Positions 28,067 to 36,801 of a stretch of DNA of 38,509 bases are shown in pieces. How positions within the stretch are numbered: the first letter of the stretch is position 1; the number at the start of each line of letters is the position of its first letter. Source of the stretch: Candidatus Methanoplasma sp. (GTDB taxonomy: Archaea > Thermoplasmatota > Thermoplasmata > Methanomassiliicoccales > Methanomethylophilaceae). The translations under genes and the position numbers were made by a program. The notes under the pieces were generated by a model. It did no database searches and had not been told where the DNA came from. It was given only the letters and a program-made list of their open reading frames with translations. The DNA lies in contig JAITCQ010000010.1 of the NCBI GenBank assembly GCA_031283015.1, positions 1 through 38,509 of the forward strand, written 5' to 3'.

Positions 28067-28100
28067 AGGGCCTAAACGGCCCCGGTCTTTACTTTTTTTA
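28067..28100 (+). terminator. Probable terminator of the adhesin gene
   Basis: GGGCC-taaac-GGCCC followed by TCTTTACTTTTTT. Confidence 0.55.
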
Positions 28101-28249
28101 AATCTTTAAGATTTTGGAACGACAACACCCGCTGAAACTCATTCAAGGACATTTTCTCTGAAAGGACAGAACCTGTAAGGGTATCTGCATTGCGCTGAAA
28201 GAGTATGCGGTACCTTTATTTGCGGGGGGCCACATCCGGCGGGTCCGCA

Positions 28250-29005
28250 TCACTTCTTTATTCCCAAGTAGATGTTCACTGCGCCCATGGACCTGACGAA
28301 ATGTTGTGCCTCGAAGAACCCCGCTTCGATGAACTTGTCCGTCATCTCCTTCCCTTTGGGGAATCCCTGTATGGATGATACGAGCCACTCGTATGCCGGA
28401 TATTTTCCGTCGATAGGCTTTCCCTTGTCGTACCTCCTTCCAAGCCAGTAAACTCTGTGTTTCATATAAAGCTCGTAGAAATATCTGACCATGCGGTTGT
28501 CGGGCTTCGACAGCTCCGCCACCACCGCCCTTCCCCCGGGTCTCAGGACCCTGTGCATCTCGGCGATCGCTTTCTGGATGTCGGTCACATTGCGGAGCAT
28601 GTAGCCTGAGGTCACGATATCAAAGGAGTCGTCCTCGAACCTCAGCGACAAGGCGTCCCCCGTCTCGAATATAACAGGCACGGGAAGATCCATCTTCTCC
28701 ATCTTCATCGCGGCGTATTCCAGCATCTTCGGGGTGATGTCCACTCCAAAGACCTCGCCGTCCTTTCCCGCGTTCTCCGAAAGGAGGAACGCTATCTCTC
28801 CGGTCCCGGTCCCGATGTCGAGGCATTTTTTTGCCTTCATGTCGCCGGCCTTCTTCATCATGAATCTGTGCCATCCCTGGATCATGCCCATCGACATCAG
28901 GTCGTTCATCTCGTCATAATAGGATGCGATCTCTGTGAACACTTCCTTCACATACTCTTCCTTGCCCTCGAACTGGGTGCCGTTCGGTTTGCTCTCTTCG
29001 TTCAT
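28250..29005 (-). CDS. ubiE: UbiE/MenG-family C-methyltransferase
   Basis: VKEVFTEIASYYDEMNDLMSMG...W, LDIGTGTG, GDALSLRFEDDSFD, LRNVTD...EMHRVLRPGG. ATG 29005 overlaps the menA stop. Confidence 0.88.
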   Translation of the reverse strand: MNEESKPNGTQFEGKEEYVKEVFTEIASYYDEMNDLMSMGMIQGWHRFMMKKAGDMKAKKCLDIGTGTGEIAFLLSENAGKDGEVFGVDITPKMLEYAAMKMEKMDLPVPVIFETGDALSLRFEDDSFDIVTSGYMLRNVTDIQKAIAEMHRVLRPGGRAVVAELSKPDNRMVRYFYELYMKHRVYWLGRRYDKGKPIDGKYPAYEWLVSSIQGFPKGKEMTDKFIEAGFFEAQHFVRSMGAVNIYLGIKK

Positions 29006-29931
29006 CAGACCGCCCCCGTGAGGAGATGCTGACCTATTAAGTATCCTGCCGTAATAAGAAGCCCAAAGTGCCAATTCAGCCTGAACGACATCGGCACGAG
29101 CAGCCTGCTCTTCCTCTCGTCGGCGGGCGCGCCTTTTCCGTTCCTGAACAGCAGATACATGTCGGCGAGGGTCAGGAACGCAAGGCCGCAGGCCCACGGC
29201 AACGCTTGAAGCAAAATAAGTGCCAGGAGTATCGGGAACGCTATGCCGTTGAGCAGAAGGTACAGCCTCAGGCTCCCTTTGTATGAGAGGAGACTTGAGA
29301 GCGTCCTTACCCCCGCCCTCTTGTCTTCGTCGTAATCCCTTGTCTCATTCCCGCTGAGCACCGCGGTTATAAGGAACGCGTTGGGCAGCGACATCAGAAG
29401 CACCTCCCGCGATATCTCCACGGACATCACGTAGTATGTGCCCAAGGGGATCAGGACCCCCATCATGAAGAACACGCTGACAAGTCCCATTGCGTGATAT
29501 TTGTATGATATGCCCACAGTATACAATCCCGCGCTGGCGATGCCGAACGCTCCGAAGACCAATATCCCCCAGCCGATGTACCAAATGAACACTATGCCGC
29601 ATAGCGCCGTCACCCCGAGGCACGCCAGGCCGACCGCCAGCACCGACCTCGGCCTAAGGGTCCCGGTCACCAGCTCGGGGGATCTGGACCTGCTCTTTAA
29701 GGTGTCCGGCGTATCCGTTCCTTTGACATAGTCCCCGTAGGTGTTCAGAAGATTGGCCGCCGACTGCAGCAGACAGGCGCACACCATGACCATCAGGAAG
29801 ATCCCCCAGTTCATGTGCCCGTAATGATAGGCGGCCGCCCCTCCGATGAGGACGGGGACCACGGCGCCGTGCAGCGACCAAGGGCGGAACGCGTTGTACC
29901 ACCCGGACCTTACGGGTTTGACATCTTCCAT
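29005..29931 (-). CDS. menA: MenA-like UbiA prenyltransferase
   Basis: AFRPWSL, NLLNTYGDYVKGTD, YKYHAMG, NETRDYDEDKRAGVRTL. Confidence 0.85.
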   Translation of the reverse strand: MEDVKPVRSGWYNAFRPWSLHGAVVPVLIGGAAAYHYGHMNWGIFLMVMVCACLLQSAANLLNTYGDYVKGTDTPDTLKSRSRSPELVTGTLRPRSVLAVGLACLGVTALCGIVFIWYIGWGILVFGAFGIASAGLYTVGISYKYHAMGLVSVFFMMGVLIPLGTYYVMSVEISREVLLMSLPNAFLITAVLSGNETRDYDEDKRAGVRTLSSLLSYKGSLRLYLLLNGIAFPILLALILLQALPWACGLAFLTLADMYLLFRNGKGAPADERKSRLLVPMSFRLNWHFGLLITAGYLIGQHLLTGAV

Positions 29932-30042
29932 GAGAAATGGGGATTGCCTACTGAATTATTTAGGTTGTGCCCGGCGGTGGCTTTCTCGAATGATTCATTT
30001 TGAGTATCTTCAGGTTCATGCTGCCGTCTGAGCAATCCGGGT

Positions 30043-30897
30043 TCATTCGTCAAGCATCAACGGTTTCTTACGGGTTTTCAATCTGTCCATTTGCTCACGC
30101 TCGACCTGCGAAATGCTTTTGTCCGGTGTCGGCAGATCCTCCGGCATAACGCCGCCGACATGTTCGATGGCGGATCTGACCTCACGCCCCACGATGAAGT
30201 GGGCGTCGTTCGCCGCATCCTTATCCTGAATGTTTTCCCTTTTCAGTTTACTTTCCGTCTGCGATATGCGGAACAGGTTTGCGATAAGCTCTTCGCTCCC
30301 CATGAAATCAAGGATCTTCTCCCTGGCCGCAAGTCCTTTTCTGTCATGAATTTCATCTACTGTCATCCCGCCGTACAACCCGATGTACCCTGCGTTCTGA
30401 AACGCGGCGAACTCTTCGTTGCTGATCACTCCCGCGTTGCGCGCAGCCTCTGCCAGCATCTGATTCCATTGTTTTATGTCTCCGCGTATCACAAGACGTT
30501 TGCTGTCCTCGTCGAGCTGGTTGAAACGGTCCGCGATCTCCTGGCGGTATGTCTGGATGGCGAAATATGTCTGACCCAGAGCGATCACCTCTTTCCGCGG
30601 GTCGCCGTTCTGGACGATCAGATAGCAGGCGTATCTTGACAGTTCGTAATCTGTCATTTTTTTCTCGGCAGCGCCGGCTTTCACGATTTTCGTGACCTCA
30701 CGAAAATCGGCGTCAACGGCATGCCCGCTGTTCTTACCGGCGACCATAGCCCGCTTTATAACGTTGATAAAATTCTCCCATCTCAGATAGTCTAATGTTG
30801 GTGCGAGTTCTCTTGCGGACCAATATTCGCTACCGTCGGCACGGACGGTCTTCACATCTTCAAATCTCTTGTATTCCTTTGCCTTCAGATCGCTCAT
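30043..30897 (-). CDS. dinD: DNA damage-inducible protein D family
   Basis: EYWSARELA..LDY..WENF, DYELSRYACYLIVQNGDPRKE.IA.GQTYFAIQT, FQNAGY.GLYGG, ILDFMGSEEL.ANLFR, MPEDLPTP. Confidence 0.88.
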   Translation of the reverse strand: MSDLKAKEYKRFEDVKTVRADGSEYWSARELAPTLDYLRWENFINVIKRAMVAGKNSGHAVDADFREVTKIVKAGAAEKKMTDYELSRYACYLIVQNGDPRKEVIALGQTYFAIQTYRQEIADRFNQLDEDSKRLVIRGDIKQWNQMLAEAARNAGVISNEEFAAFQNAGYIGLYGGMTVDEIHDRKGLAAREKILDFMGSEELIANLFRISQTESKLKRENIQDKDAANDAHFIVGREVRSAIEHVGGVMPEDLPTPDKSISQVEREQMDRLKTRKKPLMLDE

Positions 30898-31153
30898 CCC
30901 TAAGCACCCTTCCGCTGGGTATATCACAAAACGCATCTTTAACTCTGCGGTTCACCGGACTTTATCCTATAGTTAAGACAGCGGATACGGACCCGGTATT
31001 TCAGCGATTTTCCATCAGAGCATGGTCGCATTGGTCAAATAGGACGCCCCGTTACCGTGCTGCCGGTTTGACTGCCCGGCGGTTACGGGAAGGATACGTG
31101 AGGCGGAAGCCGGGACACGATTCAATTTATACGGTATCGGAGATACGAGAAGC

Positions 31154-32074
31154 ATGGCGGCAGGCGAGATGCTCGGTTATGCCAAGTGGTGGCTGGGTTC
31201 CGTTTTCGGAAGCAAGGCGCCGTTGGTGAACACCCTCATAATACATTATGGATGCAACCTCAGATGCAGGCACTGCAGCATATACAGCAGCGGCGCCGAG
31301 GACGCGGGGAAGAACAAACTGTCGTACGGCGAGGTAGTTGACGATCTAAGGCTCCAGTTCGGGAAGGGCGCCAAGATAGCCTATTTCGAAGGCGGGGAGC
31401 CGACCGCATGGTCTGACGGCGGGAAGGACCTCGGTGACCTGATCAAGGCGGCGAAGGAGATCGGATACAAGAACATCGGATACACTACCAACGGCACGAA
31501 CGGGTTCTTCACCGGTTCGGATGTGATATCCGTAAGCCTGGACGGTCCGAAGGATATCAACGATCTGATCAGAGGAGAGGGCGTTTTCGACAAGCTCATG
31601 GAGACCATCTCGGATTCCGATTTCACAGGCTCCATCTATGCGAACATGGTCATCCAGAAGGACAACATGGATTACATAGAGGAAACGGCGAAAGCGGTCA
31701 TGGACAACAAAAAGCTGGCGGGCATCATATTCAATTTCATCACTCCCCCTCCTTACGAAATAGCTCTGACGCCGGAGGAGAAGAAAGCGGCTGTGGGGAA
31801 GATAAGAGAACTTAAGAAGAGCGGGTATCCCGTGCTGAACTCGAAACGCGGCCTTGAGCTTCTGACAGAAGAGGACTGGAGCAAGAAGTGCCCGTACCAC
31901 GTCACCGTCTTCATTATCCCGGACGGGTCGCACCACAACGGCTGCCCGATGCATGACACCCCGTCGTGCAAACAGTGCGGGTTCGCGGCGGTGAGGGAAT
32001 ATTACCTGATAAAAAGAGGGAACATATCGACGATCTCCGAAATGTCGTCCATATTCGCCATGTCAAAAAAGTGA
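31154..32074 (+). CDS. Radical SAM enzyme with C-terminal Cys-rich auxiliary-cluster region
   Basis: CNLRCRHC, EGGEP, TTNG, SVSLDG. C-terminal C...PDG...CP....SCKQCG. Confidence 0.9.
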   Translation: MAAGEMLGYAKWWLGSVFGSKAPLVNTLIIHYGCNLRCRHCSIYSSGAEDAGKNKLSYGEVVDDLRLQFGKGAKIAYFEGGEPTAWSDGGKDLGDLIKAAKEIGYKNIGYTTNGTNGFFTGSDVISVSLDGPKDINDLIRGEGVFDKLMETISDSDFTGSIYANMVIQKDNMDYIEETAKAVMDNKKLAGIIFNFITPPPYEIALTPEEKKAAVGKIRELKKSGYPVLNSKRGLELLTEEDWSKKCPYHVTVFIIPDGSHHNGCPMHDTPSCKQCGFAAVREYYLIKRGNISTISEMSSIFAMSKK

Positions 32075-33064
32075 CCCGATCTCGAAGACCTGTTTCACAA
32101 CGGCGGCGGCGATGAACAGTATCTCCATAAGGAACGCTGTGCCGAAGAAGAACGGCGGGATCCTCAGTGTCCAGTGTCCGCCCTTCTCGGTCATTATCTT
32201 CCATGCTTTCAGCGTCAGCGGAAGCGCCAAAAACAACAATATGTACGTGGGGCTGAGACACACCATCGCGGCGGCCAGGGAATAAGCGAACACTATCAGC
32301 ACCTTCGCCACCTTTACCGCGCCGTCAAGGCCGAGACGGACGGAGATGCTCTTCTCGCCGTTCGCAATATGCGCCTCCTGGCCAGACATCGAATCGGTAA
32401 GCCTCATCAGCCCCACGAGAGTTCCGACGATCGCCGCGAATACGAATATCTCCACGCTGAATACGCCTGTGAACGAAAGGGTCTCCCAGTCAAAGTCTAT
32501 CGTCGCGACGAAGAAGGAACAGAATACCAACATGAAGAACGACACCGCGACGTCAGCCTCGCCCAGACCTCTTGCGCCAAGGTCAAGGGGGGGCGCGGTG
32601 TAATAGTACGAGAGAAAGACCCCGGCCGCGCCGAACACCGCGACGATCCACCCGCCGTACATGATCACCGGAACGGACAGCACCGCGGCGGCGGCGAGGA
32701 GCGCGGCCATGATGACCTTGCCCTGCCTGTCCGTCACGAGGCCGTTGTCGAAGGGATTCCCCTCCCAGTATATCTTCCTCAGGACCTTCGAGTCCGTCGC
32801 TTTCATCATCTCCTCCTTCTCGCTGAACCTTATCCTGTCCACGCCCGACCTGTGGTCGAAGTAGTCGTTGGAGAAGTTGACGAACACCGCGAGCAGAAGA
32901 ACGACGAGGGGTATCAAGACCACCATGAACAGCTGCGGATGATAGAAGAGGAACGCGAACAGCGATCCGCAGACGGATGCCATGAAGAAAGGGAACGTGT
33001 AGCTGAATCTGAAGATCAAGTTCACTCGTCTTGCAAAAGAAATATCCCTTCCCGCCTGTTCCAT
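32063..33064 (-). CDS. Second UbiA/MenA-family prenyltransferase
   Basis: NFSNDYFDHRSGVD, YYTAPPLDLGARGLGE, GEKSISVRLG. The second Asp-rich motif is degenerate (RLTDSMSGQEAH). Start set at ATG 33064. Confidence 0.82.
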   Translation of the reverse strand: MEQAGRDISFARRVNLIFRFSYTFPFFMASVCGSLFAFLFYHPQLFMVVLIPLVVLLLAVFVNFSNDYFDHRSGVDRIRFSEKEEMMKATDSKVLRKIYWEGNPFDNGLVTDRQGKVIMAALLAAAAVLSVPVIMYGGWIVAVFGAAGVFLSYYYTAPPLDLGARGLGEADVAVSFFMLVFCSFFVATIDFDWETLSFTGVFSVEIFVFAAIVGTLVGLMRLTDSMSGQEAHIANGEKSISVRLGLDGAVKVAKVLIVFAYSLAAAMVCLSPTYILLFLALPLTLKAWKIMTEKGGHWTLRIPPFFFGTAFLMEILFIAAAVVKQVFEIGSLF

Positions 33065-33169
33065 GACCGTCCGACGGCGGAATCCGTATTTATCATTTGA
33101 CTCTATTCTCCGGCGCCCGGCGGCGGAAAGAAGATGAACTTTCATATAATTTCACATAATCTGCCTGAC

Positions 33170-34150
33170 ATGGGCTTGGTCCTGAGGTTCCTGACGAGCA
33201 GCGCGCTGATGATGAGCTTTGCTTTGGCGGTCTCCCTGATCACGAACTTCGCGAACATATTCCCGAGCGACGTTCTTACGCCATCGGTGAACAGCAGCCT
33301 TACCATCCTGCTCCTTGCGGTGATGATGACCATCTCGCTCTCGAGGATACCGAGCAGGAACCTGGGTCCCGCAAAGGACCCGAGGTCTCTGCTCAGAGGC
33401 CTGCTTCTGGGACTCATCATCTCATCCGTCATTCCGATTGCCGGATATCTGATCCTGAGCCGGACCGAGTACGCCGATTATGCCATGGGATTGGTCTTCA
33501 TCGCGGCGACGCCGTTCGCGGCCTCCGTCGCCCCCCTGTCTCTCATCCTCAGAGGGGATATGGAACATGCCGTACGTTCCACGATATACGTGTACATCGC
33601 GACCCTGCTGTGGATACCTTTCATCGTCTATGTTCTGCTGGGAGAGAAAGTGAACATGACCGACCTGGTGATCACGGTCATCGAGGTCATCGGGATACCT
33701 CTGGTCATCTCTAGGCTGATCACTCGCGTAAAGATAAGCAAGATCAAGATGGCGGTGCTGCTGAACAGCATAATCTCCTTCCTCGTCTGGCTTTCCGTCA
33801 GCTCCACATCGTTCGACTGCGGGATATGGGTCATGCTTGCCTTCTTGGTTGTAGCGGGACTGAGGACCTTCGGCCTTGGCAATGCCGTCGAATTCGCGGA
33901 GAAACGCGCCGGGATCGGCTGGTCCCAGAGAGTGACCGACATACTGATGGTGTCCTATAAGAACAAGGGGATCGCCATAGCGCTCTGCGTCGCGACCATG
34001 GGGCCGCTTGTGCCGTACGCGATGGTGGCGGTCGCGTCGTCCATCGTTCTGGAAACTTCCTGGGTCATCTACATGGACTCCGTCCTGTTCTCAAAAAGGA
34101 GGATGAGGCGCGAGCTTGAGAGGGAAGGCTCAGAAATCGGTGATCTTTGA
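33170..34150 (+). CDS. BASS/bile acid:Na+ symporter-like transporter
   Basis: About 9-10 TM segments; GLVFIAATPFAASV...RGD; SYKNKGIAIAL. Confidence 0.72.
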   Translation: MGLVLRFLTSSALMMSFALAVSLITNFANIFPSDVLTPSVNSSLTILLLAVMMTISLSRIPSRNLGPAKDPRSLLRGLLLGLIISSVIPIAGYLILSRTEYADYAMGLVFIAATPFAASVAPLSLILRGDMEHAVRSTIYVYIATLLWIPFIVYVLLGEKVNMTDLVITVIEVIGIPLVISRLITRVKISKIKMAVLLNSIISFLVWLSVSSTSFDCGIWVMLAFLVVAGLRTFGLGNAVEFAEKRAGIGWSQRVTDILMVSYKNKGIAIALCVATMGPLVPYAMVAVASSIVLETSWVIYMDSVLFSKRRMRRELEREGSEIGDL

Positions 34151-35053
34151 GTTCTTCCTTGACGCGAGCTCGACGATCGTGTCCGATCCCCGTACGCTGC
34201 CGGACAGCATCCCGCTGTCCGGATCGTATCTCCTTTGTTTTCTCATCGTATCGGTGCTGCGGTTCGCATAACAGTATATGCAGTCGTGATCGCATGTGTC
34301 GTATTCTCCGATATCGATGTTCCTCACGCACAGGCATCTGTCCCTGACGGGGGCCTGAGGTTCTTCGAAGGGCACGCCTATGGATCTCATTTGTTCGCGA
34401 TCGATGCATCCCCTAGTCCGGATCCCGTATTCCGACAGGTCGTATTCTGAGCAGCAGAGATTCAGCTCGATGCCGCTGCCTTCCGCCGCCTCCGAGAACA
34501 TCCTGCCTATCTCCTTGGCCTCATCCTCGGATATCTTACGCAATATGCCGTCCCCGCGCAGTCCTTCAAGCTTGCCGTGTATCTCTACGAAGCTGAAGAC
34601 ACATCGGTCCGTGTATTCCGCAAGTTCCCTGCATAGAAGATCGAATTTCCTCTGATGGTATTTGAGGTCGTACCTTTTGTTCAGTATGACCGGGTCATAT
34701 CTCCAGACGACCCTGTCCCTCCCTATCGCGTCCGATATCGTTCTGAAAGCTTCCGCGATGTCCGCTTTGTCGGGGACACCGGGTTCCGTATCGCGGCCAT
34801 AGGGGGTGATGGTCACCTGAAACCCGATCTCTATTCCCATTTCCTTCAATTCCCCGATATGCGGCATCATGGGGCGGGGGTCCTTCGTCATCAGCAGCAG
34901 GAGGTCCACGTTCCCGGGGGAGAGGTCCACTCTGTAGACCACGTTCTTCGCCACGGGATTCCTGACGAAAGCGTACCCTTCGCGCATACGGTTCATCAGC
35001 CATTCCGAGTGGAACGCAGGGATGTCCGTCCTCCTGCTGGCGCATATTATCAT
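34130..35053 (-). CDS. DUF1848 family protein (radical SAM/SPL-related)
   Basis: MIICASRRTDIPAF, VRNP, TITPYG...EPGVP, WRYDP, C.CV...DIG.YDTCDHDCIYCYAN. Confidence 0.88.
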   Translation of the reverse strand: MIICASRRTDIPAFHSEWLMNRMREGYAFVRNPVAKNVVYRVDLSPGNVDLLLLMTKDPRPMMPHIGELKEMGIEIGFQVTITPYGRDTEPGVPDKADIAEAFRTISDAIGRDRVVWRYDPVILNKRYDLKYHQRKFDLLCRELAEYTDRCVFSFVEIHGKLEGLRGDGILRKISEDEAKEIGRMFSEAAEGSGIELNLCCSEYDLSEYGIRTRGCIDREQMRSIGVPFEEPQAPVRDRCLCVRNIDIGEYDTCDHDCIYCYANRSTDTMRKQRRYDPDSGMLSGSVRGSDTIVELASRKNSKITDF

Positions 35054-35106
35054 CGCTTTGTGGATGCAATAGGAGGACATAAGTATTCTCAAAAAAATAA
35101 CGGTCC

Positions 35107-35577
35107 ATGAACGGCGGGATACAAACATATGTCACCATCATAGGGAAAGTGAGCATTTCCGATGACGGGTCGGGGAACATCGACGGAATATATCTGCCTA
35201 ACAGCAACCTCCCTTTCAGGGAATGCAGGGAATGCCCGGTCATGTCCGAGGCCGCAAGCCAGATCGACGAGTTCCTGACCGGGAAAAGAACAGATTTCGA
35301 TCTTCCCCTTAAGATAGAAGGCACGGACTTTCAAAAAAGCGTCTGGAACGAGCTTCGCAAGATCCCATACGGGGAGACGGCGTCGTACAAGGACATCGCG
35401 GAAGGGATCGGTCGACCGAATGCCAGCAGGGCGGTGGGCAGTGCCTGCGGCGCCAACCCCATACCTCTGATAATACCCTGCCACAGGGTCATCACGTCAG
35501 ACGGGGGCCTCGGGGGATTCGGCGGCGGGTTGGCGCTCAAAAGAAGATTGATGGATATAGAAGGGATACGGCGTTGA
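35107..35577 (+). CDS. ogt: O6-methylguanine-DNA methyltransferase
   Basis: GTDFQKSVW, IPYGET.SY, RAVGSA, IPCHRV. Confidence 0.95.
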   Translation: MNGGIQTYVTIIGKVSISDDGSGNIDGIYLPNSNLPFRECRECPVMSEAASQIDEFLTGKRTDFDLPLKIEGTDFQKSVWNELRKIPYGETASYKDIAEGIGRPNASRAVGSACGANPIPLIIPCHRVITSDGGLGGFGGGLALKRRLMDIEGIRR

Positions 35578-36263
35578 TCGACGTAAAGAAGGAACTGGCG
35601 GCCAATGCGGACCAGAAGTACAAAGAATTCAACATGGTAGCCATTCCCGGAACGAAGGAGATGCTCGGAGTCAGGATGCCCGTCCTCAGGAGCATATCCA
35701 AGCAGATATGCGGCGGCGACTGGCGGTCCTTCCTGAACGAACCCGTTTCTTTCGCGGAGGAACTGATGCTAAGGGCCCTGGTGATAGCCAACGCGGAAAT
35801 GAGTTTCGGCGAAAGGCTGGACCTGACGAGGAAATTCGTTCCGGAAATAGATAATTGGGGGGTGTGCGACATATTCTGCGGCGATTGGAGCATAAAGAAG
35901 GGGCAGGAAAAAGAGCGGTTATGGGATTACTGCGGTGAATTGATCGAAACGTGCGACGGGTTCAAAATGAGGGTGTCTGCGGTGATGATGATGAAGCACT
36001 TCCTGGACGACGAACATATAGATGACGTGCTAAAGCTGCTCACCTCGAAGTACCATGCCGAATACTACTACAAGATGGGCGCCGCGTGGGCACTTTCGGA
36101 ATGCTTCATAAAATATCCGGAAAGAACGGAACCTATGCTATTCTCCGATTCGTTGGACAAAGAGATAAGGAACAAGGCCGTGCAGAAGATATCTGACTCT
36201 TTTAGGGTCAGCAAAGAGGACAAGGACAGGCTGAAAACAAAGAAGAAGGGCTGCCGGTCATGA
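35574..36263 (+). CDS. DNA alkylation repair protein (AlkD-like)
   Basis: LGVRMPVLR, IDNWGVCD, YYYKMGAAWALSE, NKAVQKISDSFRV. TTGA overlap with ogt. Confidence 0.85.
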   Translation: MIDVKKELAANADQKYKEFNMVAIPGTKEMLGVRMPVLRSISKQICGGDWRSFLNEPVSFAEELMLRALVIANAEMSFGERLDLTRKFVPEIDNWGVCDIFCGDWSIKKGQEKERLWDYCGELIETCDGFKMRVSAVMMMKHFLDDEHIDDVLKLLTSKYHAEYYYKMGAAWALSECFIKYPERTEPMLFSDSLDKEIRNKAVQKISDSFRVSKEDKDRLKTKKKGCRS

Positions 36264-36800
36264 CTCCTTCTCTATCAGCCTGAATATCCTCTCCGCGTTC
36301 TCCTTCCCGAGACGGGCGCCCTTCCTTTCCATGAAGACCCAGTTCCTGCTCATGCAGTACGTCTCGAAAGCCGGGGAGGTGACGGCTATGACCTTCCCTT
36401 GCAGGAACGTCTCGTCCTCTAGCATCATTGCGAACATATCGTTCGGGACGCAGACAACGATCCTGTCAAAATACATGGCAACCTGGTTCAGCTGTCCGAG
36501 GTAGTCCTTTTCCTTCTGGACCCTTTCGTAATCCTTTTTGTTGGCCATGACCTCGTCGTAATTGGTTATGACATAGTTCCCCGGGACGAATCCAAACCTT
36601 GCCGATATCACTCCGTAAGACACGTCGCACATCTTCCTCCCGTTCTTCTTGGCGGTGTCCAGCTTTGCGACGAGTTTTTTTATTTCTTCCGTACGTCCGC
36701 CGAACATCTCGAACGCGGTGGCCAACCCCCTTTTCAAGAAGATCGTGGAATCGTTCGTGACCACCAGGACCGATCTGAGGTTTATCCCGTCCGCTTTCAC
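36258..36800 (-). CDS. Hypothetical protein, DUF6884-like
   Basis: A.EMFGG...YGVISARFGFVP...ITNYDEVM resembles the ILSA.YGL....I..YD signature. GTG start 1 nt after the hypD stop. Confidence 0.6.
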   Translation of the reverse strand: MKADGINLRSVLVVTNDSTIFLKRGLATAFEMFGGRTEEIKKLVAKLDTAKKNGRKMCDVSYGVISARFGFVPGNYVITNYDEVMANKKDYERVQKEKDYLGQLNQVAMYFDRIVVCVPNDMFAMMLEDETFLQGKVIAVTSPAFETYCMSRNWVFMERKGARLGKENAERIFRLIEKES

Positions 36801-36801
36801 C

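Noticed and set aside
28177-28218. Imperfect stem (AAGGGTATCTGCAT...ATGCGGTACCTTT) between the adhesin and ubiE
   Set aside because: Lies between convergent genes and is adequately explained as a termination structure; no ncRNA family recognised.
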